This document shows, piece by piece, positions 1 through 6,600 of a stretch of DNA of 20,000 bases (position 1 is its first letter; each line of letters begins with the position of its first letter). The position numbers and the translations under genes are program-made. Under the pieces are notes generated by a model. That model made no database searches and was not told the origin of the DNA. It saw nothing but the letters and a program-made list of their open reading frames with translations. The DNA lies in IMG/VR virus record IMGVR_UViG_3300031857_000150. The stretch is one strand, 5' to 3'. Origin of the DNA: an uncultured virus (IMG/VR IMGVR_UViG_3300031857_000150). Lineage: Duplodnaviria; Heunggongvirae; Uroviricota; Caudoviricetes.

Positions 1-395
1 TGTACAAGTTCATCTCCGCCCGTCGGTCGAACTACGGCTTCCTGCGGGAGCGGCTGGATACTTACGAACAGTTCTGGCTGCCGACGGTTTACCCAGACGC
101 TACCCCAAGCTGGTTCGGGTTCCCGATCACCATCAGCCCGACAGCCAAGTTCAGCCGGGACAAACTGACACGGTATCTGGAAGACCACGCTATCGGCTGC
201 CGCCTGCTGTTTGCTGGCAACGCAATCAAGCAGCCGTTCATGAAGGGTCAGAACTACCGTGTGCACGGACCGCTGGAGAACACGGACTACGTGATGAACA
301 ACACGTTCTGGCTAGGCGTACAACCGGCGCTGACAGAGGAGATGCTGACCTACGTCTGCGACACCATCGACGCTTTCATGAAGGAAAACGGATGA
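1..395 (+). CDS. rfbH: CDP-4-keto-6-deoxy-D-glucose 3-dehydrase (RfbH/DdhC, DegT/DnrJ family), C-terminal part; 5' end outside window
   Basis: Not in the ORF track. Frame 3 reads YKFISARRSNY...PSWFGFPITI...IGCRLLFAGNAIKQPFMKGQNYRVHGPLENTDYVMNNTFWLGVQPALTEEMLTYV...KENG, with TGA at 393-395. PSWFGFPIT, RLLFAGN and NTDxxMNxTFWxG are characteristic of the RfbH C-terminus. The stop overlaps the next ATG (ATGA). Confidence 0.92.
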   Translation, partial: YKFISARRSNYGFLRERLDTYEQFWLPTVYPDATPSWFGFPITISPTAKFSRDKLTRYLEDHAIGCRLLFAGNAIKQPFMKGQNYRVHGPLENTDYVMNNTFWLGVQPALTEEMLTYVCDTIDAFMKENG

Positions 396-2182
396 AGGTA
401 TCTGACTACATTTGCTCAAAGATCAAAGAGCTAACAGGGACGGATACCGTATTCCTGCTGTCCGGCGGTGGCATGATGCACCTGCTGGACAGCGTGGGTA
501 AAACGGACGGCCTGAAGTACATGCACCTGCACCACGAGCAGTCCTGTGGATTTGCCGCCTACGCCTACGGCAGGACGGTGAACTCTACGGGTGTGCTGTT
601 TGTGACCTCTGGCCCCGGCGGTACGAACGCTATCACCGCTGTGGCATCGGCATTCGCAGACAGCGTACCCATGCTGATCATCTCTGGGAACATCACCCAG
701 ACCTTCTCGGCACACGGACTGAACCTGCGCATCCGTGGTTTCCAAGAGCTAGATATCGTCGAGGTAGTCAAACCTATTACCAAGTACGCCAAGTTCATCT
801 CGTCTGCCAGCGATGTCAAACACGAGCTGGAGAAGGCTGTCTTCCTTGCCAAGGACGGACGCCCCGGCCCTGTGTGGCTGGACATCCCGCTAGATGTACA
901 GTGCGCTGACATCACGCCCGATACCCTTGAGGGCTACACCGGCTTCTCGTCTAACGCTGCGCCGACGATGGATCTGGTGCAGGACATCCGGCAACGCCTG
1001 CAATCAGCCAAGCGACCGCTGATCCTGTTCGGCAACGGCGTGTTCACCAGCGGCGGCAAGGATGCCGCTAGGAAGATGGCACAGCGGTTCTACATCCCGG
1101 TGCAGACAACGTGGGGTGCGGTCGATCTGATCCCCGATAACTACGTCACTTACTTCGGACGGTCGAACTCTTTCGGCCCACGCTATCCCAACATCATCAT
1201 CCAGAACGCCGACTACATCCTGTCCATCGGGGCGCGGCTTGGCGTACAGCACACCAGCCATAACATCGAAACGTTTGCCAGAGGCGCGTTCGTTGACATG
1301 ATCGACCTTGATCCGGCAGAGGCGAACAAACCAGGGCTGAATGTCGGCAGGCACTCGCGGGTCTGCGGCACCAAGCTGATCAACGCGCTGCTGGATGAGC
1401 CACCTGTCTGGGCATCCCAACAGTGGATGGACTACTGCCGCACGGTACGCGACAAGTTCCCTGTTGCGCCCAACCTGCAAGCGGTACGAGAAGATCACTA
1501 CGTAGATCCGTACTACTTCTACGCCGAGCTAGGCAGCCAGCTACCAGACGACGCGGTGCTGACGCCGACAGGGTCAGGGCAGGCGTTCATCATCGGCCAT
1601 CAAGTGCTGGAGATAAAAGAGAACACCCGGATGTTTGGTGCCAAGAACCTAGCCATGATGGGTTCGTGCCTGCCGTCTGCTATCGGTGCGCACATGGCAA
1701 CCGGCAAGCAGGTCATCTGTGTCACAGGCGACGGCGGCATACAACTCAACCTGCAAGAGCTAGCCATCATCCAGCACCACAACCTGCCCATCAAGATATT
1801 CGTCTTCAACAACGCCGGGTATCACGCCATCAGGATCACGCAGGAGAAGTACTTCGAGAGCAGGTATGTTGGATCTACTGAGCATACCGGCGTACACATT
1901 CCGTCCTTCTCCAACGTGGCTAACTGCTACGGCCTGCGCTACCGCAAGCTACACAGCAACATCCAAGTCAAGACGCTGGTAGCCAACATACTGACTACTG
2001 ACGGACCAGAGATCATTGAGGTCATCCTTGATCCGCACAAGCCGACGGTGCCGACTATCGGTTCCTACATGCGAGCTGATGGCACGATGGGTTCGCGTCC
2101 GCTGGAAGACATGGCACCGCTGGTAGACAGGGATGAACTGCGCAGCCTGATGTACATAGACTTGGTTGAGGAGAAGGCATGA
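392..2182 (+). CDS. Thiamine-diphosphate-dependent enzyme (acetolactate-synthase-like fold; YerE-like sugar C-C ligase subfamily)
   Basis: 596 aa. Has the catalytic HHEQ, TSGPGGTN, GRPGPVWLDIPLD and the ThDP motif GDGG...NN. The N-terminal GGGMMHLLDS and the position between rfbH and an epimerase fit polysaccharide-cluster ThDP enzymes better than IlvB. Confidence 0.88.
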   Translation: MKVSDYICSKIKELTGTDTVFLLSGGGMMHLLDSVGKTDGLKYMHLHHEQSCGFAAYAYGRTVNSTGVLFVTSGPGGTNAITAVASAFADSVPMLIISGNITQTFSAHGLNLRIRGFQELDIVEVVKPITKYAKFISSASDVKHELEKAVFLAKDGRPGPVWLDIPLDVQCADITPDTLEGYTGFSSNAAPTMDLVQDIRQRLQSAKRPLILFGNGVFTSGGKDAARKMAQRFYIPVQTTWGAVDLIPDNYVTYFGRSNSFGPRYPNIIIQNADYILSIGARLGVQHTSHNIETFARGAFVDMIDLDPAEANKPGLNVGRHSRVCGTKLINALLDEPPVWASQQWMDYCRTVRDKFPVAPNLQAVREDHYVDPYYFYAELGSQLPDDAVLTPTGSGQAFIIGHQVLEIKENTRMFGAKNLAMMGSCLPSAIGAHMATGKQVICVTGDGGIQLNLQELAIIQHHNLPIKIFVFNNAGYHAIRITQEKYFESRYVGSTEHTGVHIPSFSNVANCYGLRYRKLHSNIQVKTLVANILTTDGPEIIEVILDPHKPTVPTIGSYMRADGTMGSRPLEDMAPLVDRDELRSLMYIDLVEEKA

Positions 2183-3093
2183 AGATCGCCATACTCGGAG
2201 CTACTAGCCACATAGCCAAGGATCTGATCTTGTCTTTCGAAGACCGGCATCAGTTGTATCTGTATTCCCGCAGGCCGCCTGCCGTGACGCGATGGATTGT
2301 GCAGAGTAATCTCCAGAACTACACAAACTATGATTACACCGAGTTCCGTAATCACATCCAGTTTGATGCCATCCTGAACTTTGTCGGCGCGGGTGATCCT
2401 GAAGCCATCAAGAGTCTCGGTAAACGGATTTTCGGCATCTCAGAAGCGTATGACCAAATGGTGCTGGACTATCTTCAAGACCATCCCGACTGCCTGTACA
2501 TCTTCATGTCTAGCGGCGCTGTCTTCGGTGACAGTTTTCCGACACCTGTCAATAATCAGACACGTTCTGTATTTCCTATTAATAACATTCAGCCGCACCA
2601 TTACTACGGTTTGGCAAAGGCACAGTCGGAATACCGACACAGGATGTCTGACCGGAACATCATCGACCTGCGCATCTTCAACTACTTCAGCAGCACGGCC
2701 AACCTGCAAAGCCAGTCCATGATCTGCGGGATGCTGCGCTCTATCCTTGAAGGCAAGGAGTTTGTGGTTGACCGCGTGGACGTCACCAGAGATTACGTTG
2801 GCCCCAATGACTTCCACCAGATGATCAACGTCCTGCTAAACCAGGAGAAGATCAACACGGCGATAGACTTGTACAGTCGATTGCCTATCTCCAAGGACTT
2901 GCTGATAGAACACATGAAAGAGCGATACGACTTGCGGGTGTGGGTGCGTAACGACGCGGTGGCTCATGCAACAGGCGTGAAAGAGAATTATTATTCTACG
3001 AACCTCGAAGCCTACGCGCTGGGCTACAGGCCAACGCTAACGTCGATTCAGACGATCTTCGAAGAAGCGGACAAATTACTGAAGTGCAATTAA
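2179..3093 (+). CDS. NAD-dependent epimerase/dehydratase/reductase (extended SDR)
   Basis: 304 aa. N-terminal Rossmann-like KIAILGATSHIA, catalytic MSSGAVFG and YGLAK (YxxxK), plus LRIFNYF and RDYV motifs. SD GAGGAGAAGG and ATGA overlap with the upstream stop. Confidence 0.88.
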   Translation: MKIAILGATSHIAKDLILSFEDRHQLYLYSRRPPAVTRWIVQSNLQNYTNYDYTEFRNHIQFDAILNFVGAGDPEAIKSLGKRIFGISEAYDQMVLDYLQDHPDCLYIFMSSGAVFGDSFPTPVNNQTRSVFPINNIQPHHYYGLAKAQSEYRHRMSDRNIIDLRIFNYFSSTANLQSQSMICGMLRSILEGKEFVVDRVDVTRDYVGPNDFHQMINVLLNQEKINTAIDLYSRLPISKDLLIEHMKERYDLRVWVRNDAVAHATGVKENYYSTNLEAYALGYRPTLTSIQTIFEEADKLLKCN

Positions 3094-3236
3094 CAACGAC
3101 ACGCTGGTGTGCCCACTGCACTAGCTTCCGGCGATTCCCCGGAGGCTACTTCAAGATACGGCACGGCAGACGCCAGTGGATATGTAACGAGTGCTACGAG
3201 AAAACAAGGCCAAAAAATGTGGTGCCCGACGTGTGA
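3084..3236 (+). CDS. Small putative zinc-finger protein (50 aa)
   Basis: Below the ORF-track cutoff. GTG at 3084, TGA at 3234-3236: MQLTTTRWCAHCTSFRRFPGGYFKIRHGRRQWICNECYEKTRPKNVVPDV. Two CxxC pairs; fills the gap between its neighbours and overlaps both. Confidence 0.62.
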   Translation: MQLTTTRWCAHCTSFRRFPGGYFKIRHGRRQWICNECYEKTRPKNVVPDV

Positions 3237-3414
3237 TAAACCTACCCAAGTAATCGACACCCGCAAGTATCAGGACGTATCAAAGTCATTTGATTTTGTT
3301 CATCGGCAACGAATATGCCGGGAGTGCAACAGTCGATTCCAGTCTATAGAGATCCCGCAGGAAGTGTGGGAGAAACACTATCGCCCGCGAAGGAAGCAAA
3401 GTGAAGTCGGTTAA
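3217..3414 (+). CDS. NrdR-like N-terminal zinc-ribbon protein (65 aa, no ATP-cone)
   Basis: ATG at 3217 is preferred over the track's GTG at 3109. MWCPTCDKPTQVIDTR...HRQRICRECNSRFQSIE matches the NrdR Zn-ribbon pattern MxCPxC...VIDSR...RRRxCxxCxxRFxTxE. Confidence 0.75.
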   Translation: MWCPTCDKPTQVIDTRKYQDVSKSFDFVHRQRICRECNSRFQSIEIPQEVWEKHYRPRRKQSEVG

Positions 3415-3685
3415 GGAGTATATGAACGAAGTAGCAGAGGTAGGCTGCGTTCTTTGCCACCATCTCGGCTACGGTCACTCGCCTGCTCACCTGCACCATC
3501 CGCGAGATGCGGTGGGCGGAGCGCAACGTGCGTCAGATTGGCTGGTGATACCCCTCTGCCCTGAACACCACCAAGGACAGTCTGGCTACCATGGGTTAGG
3601 AAGCAAAGGGTTTTATACACGCTACAAGCTCACAGAGTGGGATCTGATGGCGATGACTATTGAGCGCCTGCATAACTCTTCTTAA
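3401..3685 (+). CDS. Ref-like / DUF968-type HNH-family nuclease
   Basis: 94 aa. GCVLC...HLHH...VIPLCPEHHQG...H pattern typical of phage recombination-enhancement (Ref)-like HNH proteins. ATG at 3422 is an alternative start. Confidence 0.75.
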   Translation: MKSVKEYMNEVAEVGCVLCHHLGYGHSPAHLHHPRDAVGGAQRASDWLVIPLCPEHHQGQSGYHGLGSKGFYTRYKLTEWDLMAMTIERLHNSS

Positions 3686-6600
3686 CTTCAATTCTCGCCT
3701 CTTCCATCTGCTGCGCAAGCTCGCCGATCAATATCTTGATCCGGTCAATCTCTTCCTTCTTCTGTGCGCCCGTCATCGTTTCATCGTTACGGATCGCCTG
3801 TACAACCTGGCGCATCTTTGCCATGTCCTTCGACGCGTTGTCGTAGAACTTAGCCATCGCAATCTTGTCGCCCTTCTCTGCCAGGATTTCTTGCACCTTG
3901 TCTGCCTGACCTAGCTGCGCGAAGTGCCGCATGTCGGCGTACGCTTGGCTGATCTCTTTGTTGTTCTCGTAGAAGGCTGTGACGTACTTGGATTGCGTAG
4001 ACGGTAGCGACTTGATGAAACCCATCGACATGGTCTCTGTCCAGTTGGCGTCAGGGTAGGCAGACTTGGAGAACGGCATCACGGCATAGTGCGACGTTGC
4101 CGAGATGGTGCCGCCCAGCCAGCCAAGATATCCCTTGATGGCATAGTCCACCTGTACCGGCGATACCTCGGTAGCTTCCGGCAAGAAGACATTCGATACC
4201 TTGGATAGCGCGATAGCCAGCGGGCTAGTTCTCTCCGCTATACGCTCGGCCTTCGACAGGCGTTCCATGCCAGCAGTTTCAATCGGTGCCCCGGTGAAGC
4301 TGTCCTTGTTAGCGTACAGATCAACCAGCGGCTTGATAATCTGTGGGATTGGGTTGATCGCAAAAGTATCCGTCAGCATCCGGCTAAGTGACTGCCCGAA
4401 CACTTTGCCCTCTGCGCCTTGATCCACGATCTGCTCGACCACGCGCTCTGCCAGCGTACCCATAGCGCCAATCTCAAATGGCTTCGGCACACGGATTGCC
4501 GTATCCATACCCGGCAACTTGAACCACCAGAAGTTGTCACGGTCCCACTGTTCCCGCTTCTTGTATTCCTCGTCATCCTTGAATGCCATGTACAACATCA
4601 GAGATGCCAGCACAACAGCGCCCATGACGATGCTGAACTGCTCTGCCCGCTGCTTATCTGTGGCTTCTATCGGTTTGCCAGTGGCCGTGTTGTAGATTAC
4701 TCGGCTAGTAGGAATCACACCGTCACGACCCAGTTTGTACAAGCCCTGCACACGCGCATTCAAGAATGGAATTACCTGCGTCACCAAGCGGAAGGCAGGC
4801 CACGACCCTTGCATGGAAAAGTCCAGCATATCCCGTGCGTAGAACGATGCCTCCAGGTGCGTATAATTTTTCTTGGTTTCTGGATTGACTGTTTCTCTTA
4901 GCTGCTTGTACAGCGCCATACGGTTGGCGGATTCCGATTTGTTGCCAAGCTCCTGATACGCCCGCCATGCCTTACCGATACCGGCCTGAATCTTCTTCTC
5001 GTTATCCAGGATGTTCTCACCCTTGACACCGCTGTCTAGTAGGCGCTTGATCAGTTTGGCCTGATCGCCTTCGTAAGCAGAACCAAAGTTGAAGATAGCC
5101 CCGCCTGCCAGCGCAGAGATGTGCGCCGGGTTATTGCGATCAGATGCTGCCCAGCCCTCAATCACGTTAGCAAACGGATTCTTCTTCAGATCAGTGACAG
5201 CGATAGCCGAGATAGAGTCGCGGAACAAGTTGCGAATCTTGAAAGCAGGCGACAGCGTGACACCGAATTGCAGCATGTTCTTGAAGTCGCGGGCCAGATC
5301 GAGGAACTTGGACTTCGGCCCCATGTACCCGATAGACATGATGGATTCCAGCAACAACGGTTCTGCGATGTCAAAGTACGCAGGCTTGCCATCGATCATG
5401 GTCTTGATCATGCCCTTGCCGCTGGTGGTGAACTCTGGCTTTAGCTTGCCGTCGTTGATTAACTCACCTGACTTGCTGCTGTAGACCTTGCCATCGCGCC
5501 ACTCCAGCCCGACCTTTAGGTTTGGATACGCACCACCCAAATCCATCGCCGCCCGGACGGTGGCATTAGCAGCCTCGTTCTTCATGGACGCAGACAGGAT
5601 GTGGCTCCAGTTGCGTAGCGTGTTCTCCATCAGATCGCCGAATGGTTTCTCTCCACCCTTCAGCGCCTTCGAGAAGTACTGGTTGATCAGCCCTGACTTG
5701 GTAGCCGCGCCCTGCACGTCACCGTTCTCATCCATCACCTTGTAGAACGGGATGTAGTTGATGTCACGGCTGTAGACCTTGAACGCTTCTTTGTCGATGA
5801 TGCCCTGCTTGTAAGCAATACGCAGCACCGAGCGGTTCAGCTCGTTCATGTCCTTCTGAACCTGCTTGTACACCTCTAGTCTGGACTTGTTGCCGATCTT
5901 TCCTTCAGCCAGCTCTGCTCGTCGCGCTACGATATCTCTATTCACAGATGGTGCTTTACCCTGCGCCACCAGTTGCGCGTCACGTTGCAACGCCACCCAG
6001 ATTTGATACCGATCCACCTCGTTGCCCACGGGCTCCAATACTTTTAGCAAACCCTTGGTCTTTGGAGCAATGTCGAGAGCGCCGTCAGTCAGCTTGACCT
6101 GGCCGTTAAACAGTATGCCCTCCAGCGCACCGTCGATAGTCTTCGACATGCGGGCTTTCATGTAGGCTTCTTCGCTGATGTCTTTGATCGAGCGGTACTG
6201 GTCAGCCACACCTTGCGCCAGCTTCATGAAAAAGCCGTCACGCATCCCATCTATCTTGTCGATGATGGTCTTCTTCTCCGGAGCAAACACTGGTTCGAGC
6301 GCAGAGTACAGATCGTCAGGCACACCATCGAACTGACTCTTCTTCAGAGTGCGCTTCTGTAACGCTTTTTGCGCAGCGGCTTTGGCTTTCTGTGCGGTGG
6401 TTTTTGGTTCTTCTTCTGTTTCCGCTAGCGTTTCAAACTTACGCCCCACCATCCTGTACATGGTGTCGATGTCTTGGATTGGAGTGGTCAACACTTCTTC
6501 CGACAGGGCAACCAATCGCTCTAACGCGCTCTGCTGGCTCTTGTTGATACCAAGCAGCTTGCGGATAGCTTCGACAAATACTTTGAATCCGTTTGACCGC

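Noticed and set aside
392..2182. Calling the ThDP enzyme ilvB/ilvG (branched-chain amino acid synthesis)
   Set aside because: No small regulatory subunit or other ilv genes are present, and the context is nucleotide-sugar biosynthesis.
3109..3216. N-terminal extension of the 101-aa track ORF
   Set aside because: The Zn-ribbon pattern starts at ATG 3217, and another frame encodes a more convincing CxxC/CxxC protein over this stretch.
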